64,000 nt of DNA, from assembly GCA_965222235.1 (NCBI GenBank), contig OZ244939.1, forward strand, positions 94,041-158,040. Direction: 5' to 3'. Below, one piece after another: positions 1-10,115 of the stretch (position 1 is its first letter; the number at the start of each line of letters is the position of its first letter). Source of the stretch: Minisyncoccota bacterium. GTDB taxonomy: Bacteria > Patescibacteriota > Minisyncoccia > Phycocordibacterales > JABAAK01. The notes under the pieces were generated by a model. The model was not told the DNA's origin. It saw only the letters and a program-made list of their open reading frames with translations, and made no database searches. The translations under genes were made by a program, and so were the position numbers.

Positions 1-227
1 TGTTCCGGCGGCATGCCGTGCGTTTGTGCTTCCTCCCTGCCGATGCCGTGTATCGCTTCCGCTTCCAGATTCCAGGAAAATGTTTCCGGGATATAGTTTA
101 TATTCCATTCCTTTTTTTTAACCGGCTGCAGGCACTCGTCCAGGAAGATCATGCCGCACTGAATAACCTGCGATAACGCATAGTCAACCCCTGTTGTTTC
201 CGTGTCCAATGCGATAAATCTATGCAT
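1..227 (-). CDS. DEDDh 3'-5' exonuclease (DnaQ-like), runs off the window edge
   Basis: Not in the ORF track. Manual translation from ATG 227: MHRFIALDTETTGVDYALSQVIQCG...AEAIHGI (ExoI DxETTG motif, HGI motif); overlaps the proS stop. Confidence 0.85.
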   Translation of the reverse strand, partial: MHRFIALDTETTGVDYALSQVIQCGMIFLDECLQPVKKKEWNINYIPETFSWNLEAEAIHGIGREEAQTHGMPPE

Positions 228-1479
228 GATGTATATTCGTGAATATTGTTTCCGGATCAACCGACAGCATCTTTTTTGTATCCTCTGTCCTGTTCACATA
301 TTCAACCTGTCCGGCAGCATGTGTGTTCTCCGAGATGATGAGGCGGCACGGCATACCGATCAAATCGCTGTCGGCAAACTTTTCTCCCGCGGAGACATCC
401 CGGTCGTCGTAGAGGATGTCGGCACCCCGCCGCCTAAGTTCATTGTACAGACTGTCCGCCCCCCCCCGCACTTCTTCCTGCTTGCCGAGCACCAGCAGGT
501 GGGCCGTAAATGGTGCGACTGACGGCGGCAGTATCATACTGTTTTCACCGCCGTACTTTTCCGTGATGACGCCGAGCAGTCGGGCGGGGCCGACACCGTA
601 TGAACCCATGAAGACGGGTTTTTCTGTGCCGTCTTCGTCGGTAAATCTCAGATCAAGCGCTTCTGAAAATCTGGTACCGAGCGTGAAGATATTGCCGACT
701 TCCGATGCGGGCTGCTCTTCCAGGTCCTCCCGGCGCATGTTCAGTCTGGCGAGCACTTCATTTGTGTATACCTCCTTGTTCAGCGCCATGCCCCGCTCTT
801 TATGAACATATATGGTGTCTTCTCCGACCGGCGTGACGGTCTGAAACTCATCGCTGAACTCCGAAAACGCACCGCCGCTTGCAAAGGTTCGGTAGGTCTC
901 GTCCCCGAGCCCAACCCGGGTGAAAATGCGTCTGTACGCTTCGCCGCATTGTTCATAGAATGTTTTATGCTGTTCCTCGTTTCTGCAGAAGGAATACATG
1001 TCCTTCATCACGAATTCGCGGGTACGCATGATACCGCTCTTCGCCCGTCCTTCATTCCTGAATTTCGTCTGAATCTGATAGATGTACAGGGGCAGGTCGC
1101 GGTATGAGTTGATGTGATGCCGCATCATTTCGGTAACCGGCTCCTCGTGCGTCCAGCCGAGACCGATCTCTCCTCCTGTGTTAAGACGGGATCGGAACCA
1201 CACTTCGTCCGTTTCCCCTTCCCAACGGCCCGACTTCTTCCACACTTCGGGGTTCTGCAGCCCGTTCATCACCACCTCCTGTCCGCCGATACCGTTCATT
1301 TCTTCACGAATGATGTCCACGATCCTGTTGTATGACCGCAGTCCGAGCGGCAACAGGCTGTATATGCCCGCCATGGTTTTGTGCACATAGCCGGCACGGA
1401 TGAGGAGGTTCGCGTTCCGTGCCGTTTCGTCAACGGGCGCTTCTTTTCGTGTTTTTGTCGCCAGCAGTGACTGTTTCAT
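220..1479 (-). CDS. proS: Prolyl-tRNA synthetase, short form without the INS editing domain
   Basis: WKKSGRW, THEE, KFRNEGRAKSGIMRTREFVMKDMYSF, MGSYGVG, C-terminal anticodon-binding domain; start moved to MKQS. Confidence 0.95.
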   Translation of the reverse strand: MKQSLLATKTRKEAPVDETARNANLLIRAGYVHKTMAGIYSLLPLGLRSYNRIVDIIREEMNGIGGQEVVMNGLQNPEVWKKSGRWEGETDEVWFRSRLNTGGEIGLGWTHEEPVTEMMRHHINSYRDLPLYIYQIQTKFRNEGRAKSGIMRTREFVMKDMYSFCRNEEQHKTFYEQCGEAYRRIFTRVGLGDETYRTFASGGAFSEFSDEFQTVTPVGEDTIYVHKERGMALNKEVYTNEVLARLNMRREDLEEQPASEVGNIFTLGTRFSEALDLRFTDEDGTEKPVFMGSYGVGPARLLGVITEKYGGENSMILPPSVAPFTAHLLVLGKQEEVRGGADSLYNELRRRGADILYDDRDVSAGEKFADSDLIGMPCRLIISENTHAAGQVEYVNRTEDTKKMLSVDPETIFTNIHHA

Positions 1480-1505
1480 TGCTATGCAGTGTAGCATGTA
1501 TATGC

Positions 1506-1542
1506 AAAAAAAAGTGGCAGAACAATCGGTGACTGTTCTGCC
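1506..1542 (-). terminator. Intrinsic terminator after the dNMP-kinase-like gene
   Basis: GGCAGAACA/TGTTCTGCC stem followed by T8 on the minus strand. Confidence 0.75.
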
Positions 1543-1556
1543 GTAACGGGCTCCGT

Positions 1557-2201
1557 TCAGTTCTTCTGCGGAAGGTTCAGGTTGGAGTGCCGTTTCCGAA
1601 TCAGCTCATATATCTCAAGCGCCGCCGCCTTCAGTGTTGAGGGGCCGAGGTTTCTCACCTTAAGGTTGATGTTGAGCTCTTCCAGCTTCCCTCTCCACAG
1701 ATCGCCTCTGGCGTAGTTGCTGCTGCTGCCGAACACTTCAATCACATCGCCGCCGAGAGACCTGACAAACTCACATTCAACATGGTGCCGTAGGTCACTC
1801 AGAAGGATGATTTTTCTTCGGGATACGCGGATTTGTTCCGCGACGATGTCAACCCAGAAGTTTTCACCCAGATGTGTGTCAACAATTTCTTTGTGGAAGA
1901 CGTGCATCAGACCCGCCACATCCATGACTGAGCCGTCATATATCGTATCGCATTCGGCATACCGGTCATGTCCGACGATCGCCCTGATAATACTTCTCTG
2001 GCGTTCACCGAATGTCATGTGCTCCGCTGATCCGCCCGACGATTCAAACAGCATGTCGTACAGCATGTTGGCGATTGCATTCCTTCCCGACACCGGTTTG
2101 CCCGCGAGGGCGATGACCGTCTTGTCCCACGCGGCATTACAGGTGCGGTGGTATGAACCCCTGAATCTTTTGACGAGGACGTTCCTGTCTGTCGGTTTCA
2201 T
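1557..2201 (-). CDS. Deoxynucleoside-monophosphate-kinase-like protein (phage T4 gp1-like), degenerate P-loop
   Basis: VIALAGKPVSGRN, LGENFWVDIV, ILLSDLRHHVECEFVRSLGGDVIEV. Confidence 0.7.
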   Translation of the reverse strand: MKPTDRNVLVKRFRGSYHRTCNAAWDKTVIALAGKPVSGRNAIANMLYDMLFESSGGSAEHMTFGERQRSIIRAIVGHDRYAECDTIYDGSVMDVAGLMHVFHKEIVDTHLGENFWVDIVAEQIRVSRRKIILLSDLRHHVECEFVRSLGGDVIEVFGSSSNYARGDLWRGKLEELNINLKVRNLGPSTLKAAALEIYELIRKRHSNLNLPQKN

Positions 2202-2373
2202 GGTGTGTACCTCTTCCGGATTGATTGTGTTACTTGTAAAAAAATGCTTGTATGCATTCTCCTAGATATTGTATATATATTTTGGGAAAAGGCAACGGAG
2301 CGGGTATGTATAGTTTTCAAAAAAGAAACGACACAGAGCAATACTGCACTCTGTGTCGTTAATGCTGTCCGGT

Positions 2374-3027
2374 TCAGCTCCATTCAAGCATAAGTGTCAG
2401 TCCCGGGTTATGTTTCTGCAGGAATTCAAATATACCGGTAACTTCATCCCGCATGTTTGTCCCGGACTGGTTGTTTTTTCGTGTGATCGTGATGTCAAAA
2501 TCATTCCCGCTCATCGGGCTGTTGTCCCGTGTGTCATCGTCAACGACCCGAATCGTCACTCCCCCGATATCCTTGATGAAGATGAACTCGTTCTGTCGCC
2601 GCAGGTCGTCTATGATGATCACGCCCCATCCGGATTGTTGTATCCGGTCGGCGATTATGTCAATGAAGAAATGTTCGCCCAGGCGCGGCTCAATGAATTT
2701 GCTTCTGAACTGCTCCGCCAGGGCTTCCATGTTCAGGAGGCCCGTGCCGTACAGCCGGTCACCCCCCTTCCACTGCACATTGCCGGCGAGTGCGCTCATG
2801 ACTTCCCGCAGGCGGTCACCGAACCCCATTCGTGTTACCCGAATCCCCCGCTCCATTTTGAGATAGGTGTAGAGCCAGGCGGCGGTGCAGTGCTGGCCAA
2901 TCTGCGGCTTTCCCGCAAATCCGACCACCAGTCGGTCGGACCGGGTAAGGGGGCTGTAGTCTCTTCTATAGCTGTGAATGTAGGGGGCCTTCTCTTCCTT
3001 CCGGTTTCTGTCGCCGGCATGATTCAT
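2374..3027 (-). CDS. Second dNMP-kinase-like paralogue, degenerate P-loop
   Basis: VVGFAGKPQIGQH, FGDRLRE, LGEHFFIDII, IIIDDLRRQNEFIFIKDIGGVTIRV; AAGGAG upstream of ATG. Confidence 0.7.
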   Translation of the reverse strand: MNHAGDRNRKEEKAPYIHSYRRDYSPLTRSDRLVVGFAGKPQIGQHCTAAWLYTYLKMERGIRVTRMGFGDRLREVMSALAGNVQWKGGDRLYGTGLLNMEALAEQFRSKFIEPRLGEHFFIDIIADRIQQSGWGVIIIDDLRRQNEFIFIKDIGGVTIRVVDDDTRDNSPMSGNDFDITITRKNNQSGTNMRDEVTGIFEFLQKHNPGLTLMLEWS

Positions 3028-3091
3028 GGTAATGCTCCTTTCTGCGGCGGATGAGACTTCTACCGGACACTATACCACCGAATGCCCTGCG

Positions 3092-4300
3092 TTACCAGAG
3101 TATAAATATAGTGCGTCCGACCCGCAGGATGTGTTCTTTTCTCGTCGCCCTGTCTTTTTCGGTAATGGTATGTCGTATATCGGTCATCTTCTTTCCGTTC
3201 AGTGACACTGCGCCCTGCTCAAACTTTCTGCGTGCGTCTGCGTTGGATGCCGCCGCGTGTTCGGCAACGACGGTGAACAACAGTCCGTCTTCCGGTATGC
3301 CGATGCGTTCGGCATTGTCCGGCACTTCTTTTTCCCTGAACTGCTGTATATACCGCTCTTCGGCTTCCTGTGCCCGCTTCCCGCCCCAGAACATGGCAAC
3401 AATTTCCCGGGCGAGGTGCAGCTTGTGATCCCGCGTCTTCACGCCGCCCCCTGTGTCCATGTGTGTGATTTCTTCCATGGGCACGCGCGTGCAGCCGCAA
3501 AACAGCGGAATGATGAAACCGTCCGGTAGTGCCATGACACCTCCGAACATTCGGTCATTGCCGCCCGGCTCAATGTCAACGAAGACGCCGGTACCGGTAC
3601 TCTTTGACATCAACACACCGTTTGCCTGTATCAGGTTCATGGACACCACAAACTTTTCCTTGCCGAGATGCTTCTGCACCATCGTCCGCCCGAACAGCGC
3701 ATTGAAGGTCTGATCCGTGCCGCAGAGCTCCGCGTCCACCTTCATCGCGACGGAGTCGTACCCCTGCAGTATGGGATACACCATTTCATGCGCATGGAGC
3801 GGCTTGCCGTCCCGCAGCCGTTTCTGAAACATGTCCCGTTCCAGCAACTGCTGTACGGTGGTTTCACTCATGAGTTTCAGAAAATCTGCCAGCGAGAAGG
3901 AATCAAACCACCGATTGTTGTAGGTGATGGAGGCGTTACCGAACCGGGAAATCTGCAGAATCGGGGCAACCTGCTTTTTCCAGGTGCGCATGTTTTTCCG
4001 CACCTGTGCCGGCGTGAGCTGTGGCCGGGAAGATTCTTTTTCCGTCGGATCGCCGATGAGTCCGGTGAACGAGCCGAACAGGAGCGTCACCTTCGCGCCG
4101 AGTTTCCGCATATCCTCCAGAAACAGTATGTTCTGCACATGACCGAGGTGTATCTTTTCCGCGGTCGGGTCAATGCCGAGGTATATATGAAACGGTGTGC
4201 CCGAGAGCATGCGGGTTATAAATAAATCGCGGGAGGGTATGACCTCAACGATTGTTTCCCGCTCAAACAGCGCTTCAACATCCCTGCGTGTTGGCTTCAT
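3092..4300 (-). CDS. tyrS: Tyrosyl-tRNA synthetase
   Basis: YLGIDPT..IHLGH, YPILQGYD, GTDQ, LMSKS, C-terminal S4-like domain. Confidence 0.96.
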   Translation of the reverse strand: MKPTRRDVEALFERETIVEVIPSRDLFITRMLSGTPFHIYLGIDPTAEKIHLGHVQNILFLEDMRKLGAKVTLLFGSFTGLIGDPTEKESSRPQLTPAQVRKNMRTWKKQVAPILQISRFGNASITYNNRWFDSFSLADFLKLMSETTVQQLLERDMFQKRLRDGKPLHAHEMVYPILQGYDSVAMKVDAELCGTDQTFNALFGRTMVQKHLGKEKFVVSMNLIQANGVLMSKSTGTGVFVDIEPGGNDRMFGGVMALPDGFIIPLFCGCTRVPMEEITHMDTGGGVKTRDHKLHLAREIVAMFWGGKRAQEAEERYIQQFREKEVPDNAERIGIPEDGLLFTVVAEHAAASNADARRKFEQGAVSLNGKKMTDIRHTITEKDRATRKEHILRVGRTIFILW

Positions 4301-4318
4301 ATGTCAGTAGTATATCAT

Positions 4319-4501
4319 CTATTGAGAAATGATTTTGTGGCCGAGCTTCTGTGTGCTGCTGTCAATCATCCGCAACACCTCAAAGGCTGCGCGTCGCCGT
4401 GTCCGTTCCGAGGGATCCTCCTCCTCTTTGCCGAACAGGCGGGAGAGACGGTATGCGATTTCACTTTTTATCGTGTATTGATTTCCTCCATGCGTCATCA
4501 T
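4319..4501 (-). CDS. Small hypothetical protein (~60 aa)
   Basis: ORF preceded by TGGTATACT 8 nt before ATG; fills the gap before tyrS. Confidence 0.5.
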   Translation of the reverse strand: MMTHGGNQYTIKSEIAYRLSRLFGKEEEDPSERTRRRAAFEVLRMIDSSTQKLGHKIISQ

Positions 4502-5360
4502 TACGGTATAGTATACCACGGTCTATCTGGTATCTTTCTTTCCTTCTTCCGGAGATGAGTATTGTCAGTATGAGCAGCAGTTCAGCGACGATGACGGTGA
4601 GCAGCACCAGTATTCCCTTCATCAGCGGTGTATGATATTCCGGTATAGTATTCACCACTGTTATGGGCGGGGGCGGTATCGCCACCTCTTTTTCAATTAC
4701 CCGCTGTATGACGGTTTGCGGGACCGGAACAATTGTCTGAACGGCACTCACCGTATCGCTCACCCGCTGTTCCAGGGAGATGTCCGGCTCCGGCTCCTCC
4801 CGAACTGCCTCAGGGCCGCCTGCCGTGTTTTTGACTGTGATCGGATTCACTTCTATGCTCCCCGGCGTTGCGGGTCCCGAAACCTGTTCTCCGTCCGTGA
4901 TATGCAGTGTCGCACCGGTGCCGCTTGCATTTTCATCCGGGGTGTAGTGGAAGGAGGATATTGTCTCCTTCGTCCCCGGGTTATATATCCCTATCTCTTC
5001 TCCCTGACCGCCCCGCTGGCGAAGATTAAATATAGAAAGAAACATCGGTTCGTCATATGTCGGGTGGTCCTGAAGGAAGACATCTTCATCCTGTACGATG
5101 ACTCCCACACCTCCTGCAGCCAGCTCCCGCACGCCCGTGCTTGATTCTTTCAGATGGTGGTTTGTTTTTCCCTCCGCGAGGCGGTATGCAGTTACATCAA
5201 CAGATGTTTCATTGTCATTGAGGATCTCTATCCATTCGTGACCGGCATCCTTCTGCTGCTTCGGATCGTACATTATCTCGGTGATAACAATCTGTGCGAA
5301 TGCCTGAGGTGCAAGCAGCATGGTCAGCGTGCCGAATTGTACTGCCCGCAGCAAGTTCAT
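4461..5360 (-). CDS. Secreted/membrane-anchored lamin-tail-domain protein
   Basis: Signal peptide (AFA), IVITEIMYDP...HEWIEILN, ATPG motif, C-terminal TM helix. Confidence 0.85.
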   Translation of the reverse strand: MNLLRAVQFGTLTMLLAPQAFAQIVITEIMYDPKQQKDAGHEWIEILNDNETSVDVTAYRLAEGKTNHHLKESSTGVRELAAGGVGVIVQDEDVFLQDHPTYDEPMFLSIFNLRQRGGQGEEIGIYNPGTKETISSFHYTPDENASGTGATLHITDGEQVSGPATPGSIEVNPITVKNTAGGPEAVREEPEPDISLEQRVSDTVSAVQTIVPVPQTVIQRVIEKEVAIPPPPITVVNTIPEYHTPLMKGILVLLTVIVAELLLILTILISGRRKERYQIDRGILYRNDDAWRKSIHDKK

Positions 5361-5366
5361 GTTCTA

Positions 5367-7775
5367 TTACTGTCGCCCGAGGATGAGTTTTGGAAGGGAG
5401 AGCGGTTGGCTTTGGTTCCCCGCGCTGTCCGACACCGTCACCGTACAGCCTACGTATTCCCTGCCGGCGATCAGCTCATACGGTATACCGTATCCGCTGT
5501 TCTGTGTCATGAAGCCGAGGCTGCCGTTTCCGCAGGGACCGTCGTAGGCAATCCGCAGCCAGTCGGCCGGCTGTATACCTCCCGCTGTCACCGGAACAAT
5601 AGCACTGTCGGCATCATCAGCGGCAAAGCCGAGCACGGTCGCGGAAGTTCCCGATGTCAATGTCGGAGCATCTGTTTCGCGGACTATGGTGATGACATTT
5701 CTCGCACTGCTTTTTGTGCCGCTGTTGTCGCTGACGGTGAACTTGAACTTCACACGCTTATCATCCTGCTCGCCCACATTGTCTGTGTTTGAACCGGCAA
5801 AGTTAACGGTATAGGTGACGTGCAGGTTGCCGCTGCTGGTGCCGGTGGTGCTGCCCTGAAGATAGTTTATGTGGTTTGTACCGCCCGATGTCACCTCAAT
5901 ATCCACTTTCTCATCATAGTTTGAACTGTTGTACCTGGTATCGTCATCGCTGATCTTTACTCTGAAACTTACCGAGTTTTTCTTCGTGAAAAATATGTTC
6001 TGACCGGGAGCGATTGCGCGCGATTCGTCAAAATGTATCACGCTCACAACCGGTCTGTTTCTGTCTATTGTCGTCGTCTGCACCGCTATTTCCTGCTTCT
6101 GCGGCTCGTGTGTTCGTTCAGAAGCGACTGCGGCAATGCCGGGCGTCGGATTGCCCTCAAATATACTTCCGGTTCCGAGGATGTGAAGCGTGTATCCGTT
6201 ATTATGTGCGCCGTCACTCTTCGTATAGGTAACGGTATCAACGGCGATTCCGTTGGATTTGAGCACCACGGTGTCGCCGGTATTTGTCAGCGATAGGGAG
6301 GCGACGAACAGTTGGCCGGCAAATGACGGATTCTCTATTCTGAATTTCTCCGCGCTGTCGGTGATAACGGCGACATCACCGTGTTCAAGCGCCGTTTCGC
6401 CCGCACCGCCCGAGTCGTACGCAATACTTTTCAGTCCGCCGTCGTCAATAACTAATCCGGAGACTGTGACCGGCACCGTGCCGCTGTTCACTATTTCAAC
6501 CCACTCACTCTCGCCTGATCCGCTGTACTTTATCTCACTTATCTCAACGGTGAGATCGGTGATGCCGGTGATTTGACCGAACGAAGCATAAGCTGTCTGC
6601 TCAAGAAGGTCCGTCACCTTAACACATACATACTTGTCATTGTTCTCAGTCCCGAACAGCACTATTGTTGCGGTGTGTTTCCCGCCGTCAGCCGCGGTTA
6701 CTTTCACCGTTTGTTCCGTTTCCGTTGCCGCGGTATATACCTCTTCCGTTCCGCACGCCGCATCGTGCATTTTGTACGATATATTTTCGGGAGGGGCGCT
6801 CTCGGTGATCCCCACCGTTATCTGTTTTCTTGATGTGTTATCGGTCGGTGATGTAATTGCAAATGCGATAACCGGCGCGACGCGGTCAATATATACCCGT
6901 TTCCCCTGATCGATCAGTGTGCCGTTTTTCAGTTCCTCATCGCCGTTCCTGACGGTATAGGTGATGTTCCCTGACGGGTCGTCCGCAGTGACGGTATAAG
7001 TGAAGGATTTGCTTGTATCAGTTCCGCCGTTCCCGGCAACCATCTCTCTTTGAGAGTTGCCGATGTGCAGCTTGACTGCCGTGCCGCTCGGCAGGTCTCT
7101 CGTGCGGAAGACGTGGAGTGTAATTACAGCATCCGTGTTCAGGAATACCGCGTCGTTAATCTCCTGTTTATTTTTCTGTCCCACCGATGAGGCGACGGCG
7201 ATAGTCGGTTCAACGGCAGTGTATGATTTAATCGGATTCACTTCCACTCTTCCGGGTGTCGCCGGCGCGACGACGAGCTCACCGTCCAGTCCGACATGAA
7301 GTGAAACATCCGTTTTCCCCGTTTGTATTGCGGTATATACGACGCTGTTTATTTCCGTCGTTCCCGTTGCGTCAAACAGCGCAACAGTGCCGTTCGTGTC
7401 AGGAAGATCAAACGCCGCGGTATATATCAAACCGGCATGCCCCGCGTGTCCGGATATAAATACGGAAGCATCTTTGGCAATGATCGCAACCGTCCCGGTT
7501 GTGAGCGTGTTTGCCGTACCGCTGTGTGCGGTTATGGCCAGCTTCTCACCGTCGCCAACCCCGATCTTCAGGGTGGTCAGGTCAATATCACCGCCCGTGT
7601 TAATGATTTCAATATATTCTCCGCCACTTCTCGGATTGTACGCTATCTCCGTTATCTCCACATCACCCGCGCTCTGCGCGTGAGCCGGCGAAGAAAGGTA
7701 TGCGCCGCATACCGCTGTGACCATCACACCTATTGCATATGCGAATCTTGTATGTTTGTTCGGATATTTGTTCAT
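5367..7775 (-). CDS. Large secreted protein with two lamin-tail domains and Ig-like repeats
   Basis: Signal peptide (AHA), VEITEIAYNP..EYIEIIN and VEISEIKY..EWVEIVN, TPG motifs, DSAGNQS. Confidence 0.85.
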   Translation of the reverse strand: MNKYPNKHTRFAYAIGVMVTAVCGAYLSSPAHAQSAGDVEITEIAYNPRSGGEYIEIINTGGDIDLTTLKIGVGDGEKLAITAHSGTANTLTTGTVAIIAKDASVFISGHAGHAGLIYTAAFDLPDTNGTVALFDATGTTEINSVVYTAIQTGKTDVSLHVGLDGELVVAPATPGRVEVNPIKSYTAVEPTIAVASSVGQKNKQEINDAVFLNTDAVITLHVFRTRDLPSGTAVKLHIGNSQREMVAGNGGTDTSKSFTYTVTADDPSGNITYTVRNGDEELKNGTLIDQGKRVYIDRVAPVIAFAITSPTDNTSRKQITVGITESAPPENISYKMHDAACGTEEVYTAATETEQTVKVTAADGGKHTATIVLFGTENNDKYVCVKVTDLLEQTAYASFGQITGITDLTVEISEIKYSGSGESEWVEIVNSGTVPVTVSGLVIDDGGLKSIAYDSGGAGETALEHGDVAVITDSAEKFRIENPSFAGQLFVASLSLTNTGDTVVLKSNGIAVDTVTYTKSDGAHNNGYTLHILGTGSIFEGNPTPGIAAVASERTHEPQKQEIAVQTTTIDRNRPVVSVIHFDESRAIAPGQNIFFTKKNSVSFRVKISDDDTRYNSSNYDEKVDIEVTSGGTNHINYLQGSTTGTSSGNLHVTYTVNFAGSNTDNVGEQDDKRVKFKFTVSDNSGTKSSARNVITIVRETDAPTLTSGTSATVLGFAADDADSAIVPVTAGGIQPADWLRIAYDGPCGNGSLGFMTQNSGYGIPYELIAGREYVGCTVTVSDSAGNQSQPLSLPKLILGRQ

Positions 7776-8383
7776 ATTTTTTGAAAAGAGTTTTTTAATT
7801 TCTGCGCGACGAACACTTTTTCATGATAAAGCAAAAACATACGGTATATTCATAAAACATGTTTTCAGTGGAAAACTTTTCACCGGGTTTTTATAAAACT
7901 ACAGGTGTGACGGATTTTTACTTTAAGTTTGGTATGTATAAATCTTATACGAAACGACTTATCTAGTCGTTACTTCATCTCATAGCATTCTACTGTAAGG
8001 GAGGGGGTATGGGCGGTAAGTGTATTTTGGTAGTACAGGGTCACCGTGGAATAATAACTCTTCTCTAAAAATTAACGAAATGAGCATTGCTAACACAGCA
8101 GAGAAAATAATATTCAAAAGTACGGTGATGATTTTCTTGTAAGGTACATCCTTTGTATTTTCTTCTTCTTTGTATCGCCCCTTGATACAAAAAACAGTAG
8201 ACCGGCAATAAGTCTGAGGAGCACCGCGAGTATACCGAGCCATACCCATATATTTCCCTGTTCGCTTTCGTGCGCTCCGCTCCCGCGCCATCTCGCCCAC
8301 CACCTTCCCGCTTACCCGCTTTGCGGGAAGTGGCGGGTTTCATTATTCCAACCATCATTTGGTATACTGTCTATACAAAAGGT

Positions 8384-9142
8384 ATGGAGAAGATTGTAAC
8401 AAAAAAGAAACTGTTAGACACTATCGTGTGTGGGGATGTGTTGGAAATTATGAAAGAAATACCAGATTCCTCCGTTGATTTAGTGATTACATCACCACCA
8501 TATAATATTAAAAATTCTACAGGAAATGGATTAAAAAATGGAAACGGCGGAAAATGGGCGAATGCGGAACTGCAAAACGGCTACTCACATTATGACGACT
8601 GTATGCCGCATGACGAGTATGTGGAGTGGCAGCGAGATTGCCTGCAAGAGATGATGCGCCTTATTCCGGAAGATGGAGCAATTTTCTACAACCACAAGTG
8701 GAGAGTACAAGCCGGGTTGTTGCAAGATCGTCAGGATATTGTGGAAGGGTTTCCGGTGCGACAAATCATTATTTGGCGAAGAAAGGGCGGTTTTAATTTT
8801 AATCCTGGGTATTTTTTGCCCACCTACGAAGTAATTTACTTAATCGCCAAACCAAAGTTTCTGCTGTTACCAAAGGCGAATGCCTGTGGCGATGTATGGG
8901 AGTTTACACAAGAAATGAAAAACAAGCATCCGGCAGCATTTCCTGTTGACCTTATAGACCGTATTATATCCTCAACCAACGCAAAGATTGTTTTAGATCC
9001 GTTTATGGGCTCAGGGACGGTGGCAGTATCAGCAAAAAATCTGAAAAGAAACTATATCGGTATTGATAAATCTCCGGAGTATTGTGAAATGGCGGAACAG
9101 AGGATACAGCAGTGTGAATCTCAACCAGCACTACCTCTATAA
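8384..9142 (+). CDS. Beta-class N4-C/N6-A DNA methyltransferase
   Basis: VITSPPY precedes HPAAFP and VLDPFMGSGT; start moved to MEKIV. Confidence 0.93.
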   Translation: MEKIVTKKKLLDTIVCGDVLEIMKEIPDSSVDLVITSPPYNIKNSTGNGLKNGNGGKWANAELQNGYSHYDDCMPHDEYVEWQRDCLQEMMRLIPEDGAIFYNHKWRVQAGLLQDRQDIVEGFPVRQIIIWRRKGGFNFNPGYFLPTYEVIYLIAKPKFLLLPKANACGDVWEFTQEMKNKHPAAFPVDLIDRIISSTNAKIVLDPFMGSGTVAVSAKNLKRNYIGIDKSPEYCEMAEQRIQQCESQPALPL

Positions 9143-9143
9143 C

Positions 9144-9947
9144 ATGGTGACAAGAAAGAAAGCAAAAATATACACTAAGAAGGAATTACTACAGAAACTC
9201 AAGGAAATAGCAGACATGGGATGGGTGTCGAATACCAGGCATGGTAATGATGGTGGTGTGGGCAATACTCTTGAAGATTTACTCGGCATTGAAGAAAACA
9301 ACCTGCCGATACCAAACGCCGCCGAGTGGGAACTAAAGACACAGAGAATTAACACAGCATCACTTACTACATTATTTCACAGTGAACCCTCACCCCGCGC
9401 AATTCATTTTGTGCCACAGATATTACTTCCTCTGTACGGCTGGGTACACCAAGAGAGCGGTAAAAAGTACCCAAAAGGTGAAATGAGTTTCAGACAAACG
9501 ATACATGGACAAACAAGAAGTGACCGTGGGTTTATGGTAGTAATTGACCGCAGAAAAAAGAAAGTTTTGATTTCTTTTAATTCCGGCAGTGTTGATGTTC
9601 GGCATAAAAAATGGCTATCGTCTGTCAAAAGGCATGTGGGTCTTGGCGAAATTGATCCGCAGCCATACTGGGGATTTGATGATTTAGAACACAAAGCGGG
9701 TACAAAACTGCTCAATACATTCTATGTGCAGGCAGAGGCAAAAAGGGTTCGTGGCAAAGAGTATTACCGATACACAAAAGTAACAATGTTACAGAAATTT
9801 AGCTTTGACGGTTTTCTCAAAGCACTTGAGGAGGGAAAAATACTTGTTGATTTTGATGCCCGTACCGGACATAATCACGGTACAAAATTTCGCATGAAAC
9901 AAGGTACGCTCCCTACACTGTATGAGAAAAGTAAAATCATTTATTGA
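9144..9947 (+). CDS. MvaI/BcnI-family type II restriction endonuclease
   Basis: GGVGNTLEDLLGIEENN, WELK, TLFHSEP, HNHGTKFR; 1 nt after the MTase stop. Confidence 0.9.
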   Translation: MVTRKKAKIYTKKELLQKLKEIADMGWVSNTRHGNDGGVGNTLEDLLGIEENNLPIPNAAEWELKTQRINTASLTTLFHSEPSPRAIHFVPQILLPLYGWVHQESGKKYPKGEMSFRQTIHGQTRSDRGFMVVIDRRKKKVLISFNSGSVDVRHKKWLSSVKRHVGLGEIDPQPYWGFDDLEHKAGTKLLNTFYVQAEAKRVRGKEYYRYTKVTMLQKFSFDGFLKALEEGKILVDFDARTGHNHGTKFRMKQGTLPTLYEKSKIIY

Positions 9948-9992
9948 TATATAAATCTTTTACAAACAAAGTTTGAGAGTAAATTACCTGTC

Positions 9993-10115
9993 TTAGTCGA
10001 AAGGACTTTTAGGTGGACTTTTATATAATTTTATTATCTCCGCCTTTTCTTTATTTAATGTTGACTCGTCAATTTGATTGACACGATCGTCCACTTCGCT
10101 AATATCAATAAATCC
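9993..10115 (-). pseudogene. Detached C-terminal 40 codons plus stop of the KAP NTPase (outside the inversion)
   Basis: Manual translation GFIDISEVDDRVNQIDESTLNKEKAEIIKLYKSPPKSPFD*; joins in frame to ...VDKESIG ending at 12043. Confidence 0.8.

Noticed and set aside
7980-8303. Small membrane-protein CDS
   Set aside because: A hydrophobic stretch is present but the start and family are unsupported; may be a remnant
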